Virus record (IMG/VR): IMGVR_UViG_3300028591_000079 | Span: 1-64,000 of that record | DNA from: a virus | Taxonomy: Duplodnaviria; Caudoviricetes | Reading direction: 5' to 3' (one strand) | Length of the DNA: 64,000 nucleotides | Shown here: positions 38,468 through 47,659 of the stretch, one piece after another | Layout of the letters: the number at the start of each line of letters is the position of its first letter | How positions within the stretch are numbered: the first letter of the stretch is position 1 | The notes under the pieces: generated by a model | What the model was told of the DNA's origin: nothing | Databases searched by the model: none | The model's input: only the letters and a program-made list of their open reading frames with translations | Program-made: the position numbers and the translations under genes

Positions 38468-40078
38468 ATGAAAAAATATACTCTATTAGTTGAAGAAGAT
38501 ACAATACATGACAGTGATGTTGTATTGTTAGATGATAAAAAGATATTATGTATACTAGAAAATGAACGTGTAACAAAACATAAGCACGCAGTATATGAAA
38601 AATGTGATGCTATTATAGACTATGTATTGAAACGTTATAATATTGGCAAAGATGAAGTTAATATTGTCAAAGGAATAAATACACAACATAACAGCCATCA
38701 CGAATTACATGCTTTGGCCACATACCTTTCTTCTGGTTATGATAAAGCAAGTATTTTAGTTATAGATGGATATGGAGACCAAGATGATTCTGTGACTTTG
38801 TTTGCAGGGAGAGGTCAAAATATTTACGAATTAAAGAAGTATCACGTAATGTATTCTTTGGGTAATCTTTATAATTGTGCTTCTAGGTTACTCTATGATA
38901 ATGCTGGATATAGTGAAGGTAAGATGATGGGGTTGTCTTGTTGTTCTGAACCTGAATATAGTATACCAAGTCCAATACAATATCATGAAGATGGAACTGT
39001 AGAGTGTATTGCTAAAATAGATGAAAATTGTCCGATAGAAGAAAATATTATGAACTATATAAAGGAACAGTTTTCATATTTGATTGGTAATGATGGCAAT
39101 GTAATGGGTGTTGATATATATAAAGCTAAAATTGCTGCAACTGTTCAATGGTGGTTTACAGAGCAAGTTGTTAATCTGGTCAAATATATCAAAAAGCTAA
39201 ATCCTAACACTGAAAATCTTTGTGTTTGTGGTGGATGTTTTCTAAATTGCGAGACCAATGGAATTATAGACAGACTTGAATTATTCAAAAATATATATTG
39301 TATTCCAGCTCCTGCAGATAATTCAATAGTTTTAGGTAGAGCTCAACAATTTTTGGTAGAAATAGGATCAAAACCACAAACAATAAAAAGTCCATATTGG
39401 GGCCCTGACTCTGATAAAACTTTTGAAGATTTATTGGAAGAATTTAAAATAAAAGAAGTAGATGGTAAATTTAGATCACAAATAACAAATGCTCATGATA
39501 TAAGTAAGTATTCAGAAGATTGGGTTATTGAAAGACTAAAGGCAGATAGGGTTATTTTATGGTTTGATGGTGGTTCTGAATTTGGGCCTCGTGCATTAGG
39601 ACATAGATCGTTTTTAGCCAATCCTGCAACAAATGAAATGTTTTGGAGACTCAGTGTAAAAATCAAAAGTAGAGAAAACTATAGACCACTTGCGCCAATT
39701 ACAACAGATGAGCTATATCCAATGATTTTTGAAGATCCCAATCCAGAAAATCTTACACAATTTATGCTAAAAACAGTAAAAGTAAAAGATGAGTGGAGAT
39801 CTAAACTAAAAGCTGTTACACACATAAATCAAACAGCTCGTCCCCAACGTTTAACTGAAGATGTAAATCCAGTTCTATATTCATTAATAAGCAAATGGTA
39901 TAAAGAATCTGGACTGCCTTGTCTTATAAATACATCTCTAAATCTAAAAGGACAACCATTATTGGAAACATATGACGATTTAAAATCAATTCTTATAAAT
40001 CCTAACATTTTATTGAACAAGTGTAGTGTAGTAATTGATCATAAGTTGTGTTTTGATATTTACGAAGGAGCAGCATAA
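38468..40078 (+). CDS. Carbamoyltransferase (NodU/CmcH/TobZ family)
   Basis: ERVTKHKH, HHELHA, VIDGYGD, EGKMMGL, GGCFLNC, EFGPRALGHRS, RPLAP, TARPQ, INTSLN. Confidence 0.9.
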   Translation: MKKYTLLVEEDTIHDSDVVLLDDKKILCILENERVTKHKHAVYEKCDAIIDYVLKRYNIGKDEVNIVKGINTQHNSHHELHALATYLSSGYDKASILVIDGYGDQDDSVTLFAGRGQNIYELKKYHVMYSLGNLYNCASRLLYDNAGYSEGKMMGLSCCSEPEYSIPSPIQYHEDGTVECIAKIDENCPIEENIMNYIKEQFSYLIGNDGNVMGVDIYKAKIAATVQWWFTEQVVNLVKYIKKLNPNTENLCVCGGCFLNCETNGIIDRLELFKNIYCIPAPADNSIVLGRAQQFLVEIGSKPQTIKSPYWGPDSDKTFEDLLEEFKIKEVDGKFRSQITNAHDISKYSEDWVIERLKADRVILWFDGGSEFGPRALGHRSFLANPATNEMFWRLSVKIKSRENYRPLAPITTDELYPMIFEDPNPENLTQFMLKTVKVKDEWRSKLKAVTHINQTARPQRLTEDVNPVLYSLISKWYKESGLPCLINTSLNLKGQPLLETYDDLKSILINPNILLNKCSVVIDHKLCFDIYEGAA

Positions 40079-42145
40079 ATGACATTTAAAGAGAAGATGG
40101 TAGAATTTTTACAGAACACAGATAAAGATAAAGTTCGTACAAATCTAAACGAAAACAGTATGAGCATATCTATTGGCTGCGACATAAACCATATAGAAGC
40201 TGAAAAAATTCGTACAATGATCAAAAATGCAAATGAGAACTATAAGGTTTGTATTATTCATACTTGTACTGCATATGGACAATTTATAGACTTGACGAAA
40301 GATGTAATCAATTTTGTATCTAAAAATCTTCCAAAGTCATATAGTTTATTTTTGGCTGGTTGTGGGGTAGATACATTTGCAGAAGAATTTCCAAAACTAA
40401 CAATAATATCTGGAAATGCAAAATTTGATGTAGAAAGTTATAATATTCCAAAAGTTGATGATGGCAAATCTGCAGATGCTCCAATGGGAATAATACAAAT
40501 TCAAACAGGATGCAATAATCAATGTTCATACTGCCAATTTCCAATGTTAAAAGGTCACAAATCAATATCTACACCTAAAAAAGAAATATTAGATCTGGTA
40601 AAATATAATATAAATAATGGAGTAAGAGACATAACATTGACAGGAGTAAACATCTGCCAGTATAAAGATCCAAATGATGAAACAGATCTAATTGGACTAC
40701 TAAAATATATAGTCAAAAATAGTATAGGGCTAAATAAACTTTCAATGTATTCGATAGATCCAGCTTATGAAGATATATTTAAATTGATTGATTATATAGA
40801 AGAAGAACCATTGATGAGTAAAGATTTGTATTTGGCAACTCAATCTGGTTCCGATAAGGTGTTGAAAAAAATGAATAGAAGACACAACACTTTTCGCATG
40901 AACTCTATAATAAACTATGTAAAAAATGTAAAACTAAGACATGATTTTATAATTGGGCACCCAGGCGAAGAAGATGAGGATTTTCAACAATCTTTACAAT
41001 TATTAAGAATGACTCAAGAAAACGAAATTGTTGGTGGTATAGCCGAGTTTTATGCGCACGAAGGAACAGCATCTTATTATATGGAAGACAAAGTAGATTC
41101 AAAAATAGCCCATGAAAGATATGAACTCATGACAAATACGCTAAATAAAATAACTAATCTAATAAAACAAGAAGTTAGATGTATTCAATTTGAACTTTGG
41201 CATAATTGTACTAATGAATGCAAATTTTGTTATTTAAATGGTTGTAGAAAGTGCTTTACCGAGGAACAAAAACAAAAATCAATACAAAAAGTTTTAGATA
41301 TATTAGAAACAGATAAAATAAATGGTTTCAATGCTGTTGGGCTTATAGGCGGGGAATTATTTATGGGGCAACAAGGAGATGAAAGAACACAAAACAAATT
41401 TCAAACACTGATACGCAAAATAAAAACATTCCTAGATAAAGATGAAATAAAGGAAGTCTGGTTAACATCCAATCTAATGACGGAAAACATTGGACCACTT
41501 ACGGAGACTTTAGATATATTGATGGAAAAATTGCCTAAATATCAAAGAATCATGTTGTGCACTTCTTATGATACAAAAGGAAGATTCCATACAGAGGCTG
41601 CTTATAAACAATGGTATGATAATTTATTGAGGCTTCGTGAAATTTATCCAAGACTCTGTATTCATATTCAATCTATTTGTACACAAGAATTAGTAAATGA
41701 GTGGTTGACTAACAAAGAAAAGTTTGTAGATTTTATAGATAGAGGCTTCTTAATTGATTTTAAACCACCTGCTACCAATGCTGTAGATTTTATATATAAC
41801 AACACAGGACATGATTCATACAGGGAAAATCTAGAAAAATTTGCAAAAACACAAGACTATAGATACTTAATTGATTCAAGAGAAAAGTTTATGAAATTCT
41901 GGGAGGTTGTATATAATACTTTTCCAGATGGGTTACAAAAACTAAAAGACTTTAATAGTAATCATGTTAAATCTGAGTGTTGTTATTCTGTCCCTTGGAA
42001 TGAATGGTTTGAAAATAGATGGGATAATAATATAGAAAACGCACCTTGTGGACACTGTTGGGATGGTTATTGTTATAAAGATCACCCGGATAGATGTGCC
42101 AAATGCGATGTAGAAAAACTAATAAAAATGTTGGAGAAAAAATAA
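40079..42145 (+). CDS. Fusion of a MiaB/MtaB-like methylthiotransferase-type rSAM with radical SAM paralog 6
   Basis: IGC..N..E/HTC/LAGC (UPF0004-like), QTGCNNQCSYC, QSGSDKVLKKMNR, DFIIGHPGE; second WHNCTNECKFC, IGGE, CTSYDTKGRFH, CGHCWDGYCY...CAKC. Confidence 0.85.
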   Translation: MTFKEKMVEFLQNTDKDKVRTNLNENSMSISIGCDINHIEAEKIRTMIKNANENYKVCIIHTCTAYGQFIDLTKDVINFVSKNLPKSYSLFLAGCGVDTFAEEFPKLTIISGNAKFDVESYNIPKVDDGKSADAPMGIIQIQTGCNNQCSYCQFPMLKGHKSISTPKKEILDLVKYNINNGVRDITLTGVNICQYKDPNDETDLIGLLKYIVKNSIGLNKLSMYSIDPAYEDIFKLIDYIEEEPLMSKDLYLATQSGSDKVLKKMNRRHNTFRMNSIINYVKNVKLRHDFIIGHPGEEDEDFQQSLQLLRMTQENEIVGGIAEFYAHEGTASYYMEDKVDSKIAHERYELMTNTLNKITNLIKQEVRCIQFELWHNCTNECKFCYLNGCRKCFTEEQKQKSIQKVLDILETDKINGFNAVGLIGGELFMGQQGDERTQNKFQTLIRKIKTFLDKDEIKEVWLTSNLMTENIGPLTETLDILMEKLPKYQRIMLCTSYDTKGRFHTEAAYKQWYDNLLRLREIYPRLCIHIQSICTQELVNEWLTNKEKFVDFIDRGFLIDFKPPATNAVDFIYNNTGHDSYRENLEKFAKTQDYRYLIDSREKFMKFWEVVYNTFPDGLQKLKDFNSNHVKSECCYSVPWNEWFENRWDNNIENAPCGHCWDGYCYKDHPDRCAKCDVEKLIKMLEKK

Positions 42146-43104
42146 TGAAAGTTTTGCAAATATCTCCTTGGTCTAATTGTAAAAACCACTGTGCCTTTTG
42201 TTCTCAGCGTGGGGATAGACCTTTTACGATTGAAGAAAGAAAACAGCATTTAGAAGATATATATTCTGAATTTATGGATGGTAGTATTTTTCAGAAGTAT
42301 GATTTTGAAGGTTTTGGTATTATAGGTGGAGAGTTTTTTGCCGGACAGATAGATGGAATAGAGGATGTTTGGTATAAGCTGGTTGAACATTTTGCAGAAC
42401 TATTGAAAACACACAAGCTAAAACAAATATGGATCAATAGTAATCTTATACAGGTCAATATGGAACAAATAGAAAAAACCTTTGAAAAATTTGACTGGGA
42501 TAGTTTGGGTGAAGATCAGAAAGTTTTATTACCAACCTCTTATGACACCAAAGGAAGATTTCATACAGAAGAAGATAAGACTCAATGGTATAAAAATGTG
42601 GAATATATAGCTAAAAAATTTCCAAAACTAGAAGTATATGGAACAGCTATTACCACCCAAGCATTTATTGAAGAATTGCTTGAAGATCGTTTTGTTTATC
42701 CAACTGGTCTTAGAGCTTTAAATTTATTGGTGCCAAGACTAACAGATGCAGATTATTTTAGCCCACAAACACACACAAAAGCGTATCGTGAAATTTTATT
42801 ATCTAAATTGAATGAATATCCTGAGTGGTTTTTCCCAAAGTCTAGAAAACAGTTTGTGCAATTTTTATATAAAGTAAGGGAAGTATTGGGAGATGGTGTG
42901 CTAAGAAACTTTTATGAGGTTGAAAGGCATTCTTCTGATGTGTTTACTTATTTTCCAGCTAAAAACACTTACTTTGTAGATCGTCATACTAAATGTAACT
43001 GTAAAGAAAACATGCCTTGTGGACACCCTTATACGTCTTGTTGTTATTTAGATTCTGATAAATGTTGCCACTGTGATGCTCAAAATATTGTAAAGTTTGA
43101 TTAG
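42145..43104 (+). CDS. Radical SAM protein (paralog 7)
   Basis: WSNCKNHCAFC, IIGGEFFAGQ, TSYDTKGRFH, CGHPYTSCCYLDSDKCCHC; TAATG overlap. Confidence 0.85.
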   Translation: MKVLQISPWSNCKNHCAFCSQRGDRPFTIEERKQHLEDIYSEFMDGSIFQKYDFEGFGIIGGEFFAGQIDGIEDVWYKLVEHFAELLKTHKLKQIWINSNLIQVNMEQIEKTFEKFDWDSLGEDQKVLLPTSYDTKGRFHTEEDKTQWYKNVEYIAKKFPKLEVYGTAITTQAFIEELLEDRFVYPTGLRALNLLVPRLTDADYFSPQTHTKAYREILLSKLNEYPEWFFPKSRKQFVQFLYKVREVLGDGVLRNFYEVERHSSDVFTYFPAKNTYFVDRHTKCNCKENMPCGHPYTSCCYLDSDKCCHCDAQNIVKFD

Positions 43105-43124
43105 TATAACCTAACAAAAAGCAC

Positions 43125-43155
43125 AACCCATTGGATAATTCTGATGGGTTTTTTG
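43125..43155 (+). terminator. Terminator ending the rSAM operon
   Basis: AACCCATT...GATGGGTT-TTTT. Confidence 0.75.
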
Positions 43156-43156
43156 T

Positions 43157-43184
43157 TTGATTTTTATATTAAATATGTTATAAT
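43157..43184 (+). promoter_or_regulatory. Sigma70-like early promoter (TTGATT-16-TATAAT)
   Basis: Consensus with ATTAAA spacer and extended TG; AGGAG RBS follows. Confidence 0.7.
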
Positions 43185-43204
43185 AAAATCAAAAGGAGTA
43201 AATA

Positions 43205-43447
43205 ATGTATTTGGTAAAATGCACAGCTGAAGATGGAACATTTGTACTAATCAACCCTAAAGATATACGATGGATAAAACAAAACGAAAAAGATGCTCGA
43301 ATTGAATTTATGAATGGTGAGCAGGTTACTGTGTTATGTGATGATTTTGATGATTTAGAACAAAAAATATTGGATGCAAGTATGCCAGAAATAGATTTAA
43401 AGTCTTTCGATGGTATAAAAGTAATCATTGAAAAAGAGGATAAATAA
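43205..43447 (+). CDS. Small hypothetical protein
   Basis: AGGAG RBS; LINPKDIRWI. Confidence 0.65.
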   Translation: MYLVKCTAEDGTFVLINPKDIRWIKQNEKDARIEFMNGEQVTVLCDDFDDLEQKILDASMPEIDLKSFDGIKVIIEKEDK

Positions 43448-43532
43448 TGAAAGTAATTGGATTATTGCTTTGTGCTATTTTTATTTTTACCATTTTGTAT
43501 CAAGAAATCAAAGGAATAAAAGGAGACAAATA

Positions 43533-44126
43533 ATGGGAGAGTTGTTGAGTTGTTGTGATGAGTATTTAGAAAAGATTGATCCAGTTGATAGAGATACTGT
43601 TCATAAAGAAGGAATCTGGCATAAAACTTCTCACGTCTGGTTGTATGATGAAGAAGGTTATGTATATTTTCAAGTAAGGGCTGATGCAGATAAACTTTAT
43701 ACTTCAGCTTCTGGTCATGTAAGAGCAGGAGAAGATCCGAGATATACAGGCTTAAGAGAAACAGCTGAAGAATTAGGATTTAGAATTGATGGTGAAGATA
43801 AGTTGGAATTGATAGAAATAGATGCGTGGAAATTAGATAACGAAGTAAAACACGACCATGCATTTGCTTATATCTATATCTGTAAAATACCTGCAAACTA
43901 TTCTTCTTTTAGTGTTGATCCAAATGAAGTATCTGATGTGGTAAAAGTAAAAGCAAAAGAACTACTTGGATATTTACTTGGTTTACCTTGCGCATGTGAA
44001 CAATTTGATGTGCATGGAAATAAACTAAAGAAGAATAAAGACCTACTACTGATGAACGGTGAAGTTAGTATTTTGAAGTATGGAAGAATTTTAAAAGCAA
44101 TTGTAGAAAGGATAAACAATGAATAA
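43533..44126 (+). CDS. Nudix hydrolase (IPP-isomerase-like subfamily)
   Basis: HKEGIWH; Nudix box GHVRAGEDPRYTGLRETAEELG; AGGAG before ATG 43533. Confidence 0.85.
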   Translation: MGELLSCCDEYLEKIDPVDRDTVHKEGIWHKTSHVWLYDEEGYVYFQVRADADKLYTSASGHVRAGEDPRYTGLRETAEELGFRIDGEDKLELIEIDAWKLDNEVKHDHAFAYIYICKIPANYSSFSVDPNEVSDVVKVKAKELLGYLLGLPCACEQFDVHGNKLKKNKDLLLMNGEVSILKYGRILKAIVERINNE

Positions 44127-44374
44127 TATATTGTGGAAGCTTAGAAAATTGTTTTGTTGGCATAGTTGGGAGTTTTTTACCGAGTATGATGAATATAATG
44201 GTAAAAAAGACTATCATTATACTGTTTATCAATGCAAAAAATGTAATCAAGTGAAAATAGAAAGAAGAATAAAGGATTAATAATGAATAATGTTTGGGGT
44301 TATGTATTTTGTTTTTTGGTTGGATATATAATGGGTGCAATAAATGATTACTATCAAAATAAAGAGGGTAAATA

Positions 44375-45109
44375 ATGAATAAAATAATGTTAGATATCGA
44401 AACCACTGGAAATATTGTAAACACAGCCATTATTCAACTCTCAATGGTTAGATTTGATGAAGAGGGGGGTGTTGGAGACTTTATACGTATTAATATTGAT
44501 GCAGAAGAACAATATAAGTTAGGGGCTCAATATACTCAAAATACTTTAGACTGGTGGCAGGAAACAAACAAAGAGCTCTTTGAGTCTATTACAACTAAAA
44601 ACGTTCTATCGGTAAATACAGCATTGGACATTATAGATGCTTTTGTTACTATGGATGATCAAATTTGGTGTCATGCTACTTTTGATATGCCAATACTAGA
44701 TAATCTTTACCATTTAGCAGGCAGAGATAAAAGACCGTGGAAATATACAAAAATAAGAGATATTAGAACAATTGTGGAACTCTCTGGTATTGACCTTTCA
44801 ACATATAATTGGGGAAAAGAAAAAACACACGACTCTTTGGATGATTGCAGATTCCAAATAAAATATACAACAGATGCCATGAAAATGTTGAAAATCAGTA
44901 AAAATGGTGTTGAAAATTTGGAGCGTATGATAAAAGGACTCTGTGAAATGGAAAATTATATTGTAGGACTCAAATCACCATCTAAAGACACAATAGAATT
45001 AGGTAATAAAATATTCAATCTACGTGTCGAACAAATGAAGGCTATGGATCTAATTAATCAAAATAATGAATATTCTTACTCTAATTGGATAGAAGGCGCC
45101 GATGATTAG
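44375..45109 (+). CDS. DEDD 3'-5' exonuclease (phage Rv2179c/DUF5051-like)
   Basis: MLDIETTG, TLDWW, FDMPIL, RDIRT, HDSLDDC. Confidence 0.82.
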   Translation: MNKIMLDIETTGNIVNTAIIQLSMVRFDEEGGVGDFIRINIDAEEQYKLGAQYTQNTLDWWQETNKELFESITTKNVLSVNTALDIIDAFVTMDDQIWCHATFDMPILDNLYHLAGRDKRPWKYTKIRDIRTIVELSGIDLSTYNWGKEKTHDSLDDCRFQIKYTTDAMKMLKISKNGVENLERMIKGLCEMENYIVGLKSPSKDTIELGNKIFNLRVEQMKAMDLINQNNEYSYSNWIEGADD

Positions 45110-45148
45110 TTCTATAAAATATCAACAATACAAACAAAAGGATAAATT

Positions 45149-45733
45149 ATGACACAACTACTTATCGGGATTGCTTGTTGTTTGGGTATGGCAGGAAGTC
45201 TTTGGGGATATTTAAAATGGACTAAAAATAAATATTATGGCGGGAAAGATCAATCAAGTCTATCAAATACATTTTACCATACTGGCTGGAAATTTAGGGC
45301 TTTATTGATTGTTATGGCTTTATTTTTGATTTATCCAGTATTATTGGCCAATGGAGTTTATACATCTTACGGTTGGGAATTATCTGCACCATATACGTTG
45401 TTATCTTGGAGTAAATTTGCTTTTGCATTGGCTGTTGGTGGAATTATTGGTGTTGCTCTTGATAGTGATTTTATGAAAAAAGAAAACACAGCTCATGTAG
45501 TATCTGCTGTTGGAGTTGCTGGTGGTGGTGCCTTGGCTGGTTGTTTGTTGCGCAATGAATGGTATATTGGGTTAGGTATTTGGCTTGCTTGGTTAGTATA
45601 TTTCCTTATCAAAAACTACAAAAATAATAAAAAAGGGAACCCAAACGCATTAGATTTATATTTAGAATTGATGGCCTTCTATGCCACACCAACCTGCTTA
45701 ATTGTTTACATGATAATGACGTATTTATTCTAA
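45149..45733 (+). CDS. Multi-pass membrane protein
   Basis: Several hydrophobic helices; AGTTCTA at 45108. Confidence 0.7.
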   Translation: MTQLLIGIACCLGMAGSLWGYLKWTKNKYYGGKDQSSLSNTFYHTGWKFRALLIVMALFLIYPVLLANGVYTSYGWELSAPYTLLSWSKFAFALAVGGIIGVALDSDFMKKENTAHVVSAVGVAGGGALAGCLLRNEWYIGLGIWLAWLVYFLIKNYKNNKKGNPNALDLYLELMAFYATPTCLIVYMIMTYLF

Positions 45734-45749
45734 AAAAACAAAAGGTTTT

Positions 45750-46709
45750 ATGATGGCAATATTAGATTTACAAAAATCGAATGTGAGATTCATAAAAGAA
45801 GCATCAATTAGATGTGAAGATGTTTTTAGAGATGATGATGAACTAAAAATATCAAAAGCTATATATAATAGAATAAAAGATTCTATTTATGCGTCAATGA
45901 GTCGCAGTAGCAGAAGTAAATATTATAGAATAACATATAATACCTATAATAATCAAAACATAAAACTAACCTTAAATAAACAAAAAACAACACAAAATGG
46001 GTATTTGGGGTTTTTATATAGTGTTGCCACTTATATGTTTGGAAAGTTGTATAAACTAAATGTGTTTCTGCATATAAACACTCAAAATGATTCTAATATA
46101 GAAGAATTTGCGGCATATGATACACAAACAAACACATTGTTTTTACCGTTATTAAATGATGACTTGACACTAAATTCAAGATTGTTTTTAGCTTTTGAAG
46201 GTTCATCTTGGATAATTACACATGAAATGACTCACAAACTTGATTTTGATAATATGATTTTTACAGAAGATGATTTTATAGATGCACAGAATAGTGTAAA
46301 AAACGAACAAGAATATTACAATAACGAACCTGAATTTAGTGCACATTCAAAAGAGTTGATGCATTTTGTTTTGGATTGTTTTATGTCTTATTTGGTTGGT
46401 CAAAAAAGTGAACTAGATAATTTTTCTAATCCAGAATATGTAAAAGAGGCTTTTGATTATATTTTCAATAACAAATACACAGTGATGGATAGATTTCAAA
46501 AGATTGCAGATATAAAAAAAGATCCATATACAAAAAAAGAGTCATACAGTTTATCTGTTTTTTACAATGCATTAACTGACAAAAACAAAACAAGATTAGC
46601 AAATGATTTTGCGAGAAGAGTTGATAAAATAATAAAACCAAAATATGAAGATAAAAATGGCTACAAAGAGGTAATATTACAAATTTTGGATGGGTTATAT
46701 GATGAATAA
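45750..46709 (+). CDS. Putative zincin metallopeptidase-like protein
   Basis: HEMTH (HExxH) plus downstream YYNNEPEFSAH. Confidence 0.55.
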   Translation: MMAILDLQKSNVRFIKEASIRCEDVFRDDDELKISKAIYNRIKDSIYASMSRSSRSKYYRITYNTYNNQNIKLTLNKQKTTQNGYLGFLYSVATYMFGKLYKLNVFLHINTQNDSNIEEFAAYDTQTNTLFLPLLNDDLTLNSRLFLAFEGSSWIITHEMTHKLDFDNMIFTEDDFIDAQNSVKNEQEYYNNEPEFSAHSKELMHFVLDCFMSYLVGQKSELDNFSNPEYVKEAFDYIFNNKYTVMDRFQKIADIKKDPYTKKESYSLSVFYNALTDKNKTRLANDFARRVDKIIKPKYEDKNGYKEVILQILDGLYDE

Positions 46710-47106
46710 TAAAACAAAAGCTATTTACTGTGATATAGATGGCGTGGTGACTCATAAGTTTGCTGTGCCTAACTATGATCATTTTGGAGAACCTAATGAA
46801 AAAATGTTGCCAATACTAAAATGTTTAGGCCAAGAGTTTACAATTGTATTTATAACCGGTAGATGGGCAATGGGACAAGAAAAAGTAGAAAAACTATTGA
46901 ATGAGTTGTTGCCAAATATAAAGAAAAAAGTCTACTGTAAACCACATGATTATCCTGGAACAACTGCAGAATATAAACTTGCTAAAATAAAAGAATTAGA
47001 GGAAGAAGGATTTGATTTTCACTTGGGGCTAGATGACCATGGCGCGGTGGTTGGTTTAATGCATAATCACGGTATGTTCATGGCTCAAGTGTGGTCAGAA
47101 AAGTAG
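46699..47106 (+). CDS. HAD-family phosphatase (polynucleotide kinase 3'-phosphatase-like)
   Basis: CDIDGV, FITGR, EYK, GLDD motifs; exact start uncertain. Confidence 0.75.
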   Translation: MMNNKTKAIYCDIDGVVTHKFAVPNYDHFGEPNEKMLPILKCLGQEFTIVFITGRWAMGQEKVEKLLNELLPNIKKKVYCKPHDYPGTTAEYKLAKIKELEEEGFDFHLGLDDHGAVVGLMHNHGMFMAQVWSEK

Positions 47107-47129
47107 AACCGAAACATAAGGAGGTAAAA

Positions 47130-47375
47130 ATGGTTCAAAACAAAAGAGTGGCCGATGCAAAAAATGACAACTGGGAATTGTTCTTGTTGGGACATGTAAA
47201 TGAAAAACAACGTAAGGCTTTGATTCTAAATATTCTAACAAAAGAAGAGTTAGATGCAAAAGTTTCAATTTATGAAGACAAAGCAAAAACTACATATATT
47301 GTTACTGAAGCTGTGGATCCAAAGAAAAATATGTTTGTAGATTTTGCCAAGTCTTTTGTTGTAAATCATCGCTAA
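47130..47375 (+). CDS. Hypothetical protein
   Basis: AGGAGG RBS before ATG (MVQNKR). Confidence 0.55.
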   Translation: MVQNKRVADAKNDNWELFLLGHVNEKQRKALILNILTKEELDAKVSIYEDKAKTTYIVTEAVDPKKNMFVDFAKSFVVNHR

Positions 47376-47464
47376 TTTTCCACCCACTTAATATAATTAC
47401 TTCTTGTTGTTATGTTTTGTGGGTGTTTTTTATGTTCTATTTTTTATCAAGAAGAGGTGGCGTA

Positions 47465-47659
47465 ATGCAAATAGATCTAACCACAATGAAAGCAATAATG
47501 GAAAATGATGTTTTTGCTTTATATATTATAAAAGAGTTAAAAAAAGACCAATATGAAGGTGTTAGGCTAGATAAAAGAACAAACAAGCAAGTTGGAGTAT
47601 ATATACAAAAAACAAACCTTCCAAAACCACCTTATAGAGTAATTGGTTTTTGCAGATAA
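47465..47659 (+). CDS. Small hypothetical protein
   Basis: GAGG RBS; TGTTCTA variant motif at 47433. Confidence 0.5.
   Translation: MQIDLTTMKAIMENDVFALYIIKELKKDQYEGVRLDKRTNKQVGVYIQKTNLPKPPYRVIGFCR

Noticed and set aside
27019-43104. 7-deazaguanine (QueE/QueC/DpdA) or other known DNA-modification cluster
   Set aside because: No FolE/QueD/QueC/DpdA, hydroxymethylase or nucleotide-kinase motifs recognised; DNA modification is not excluded but is unsupported here
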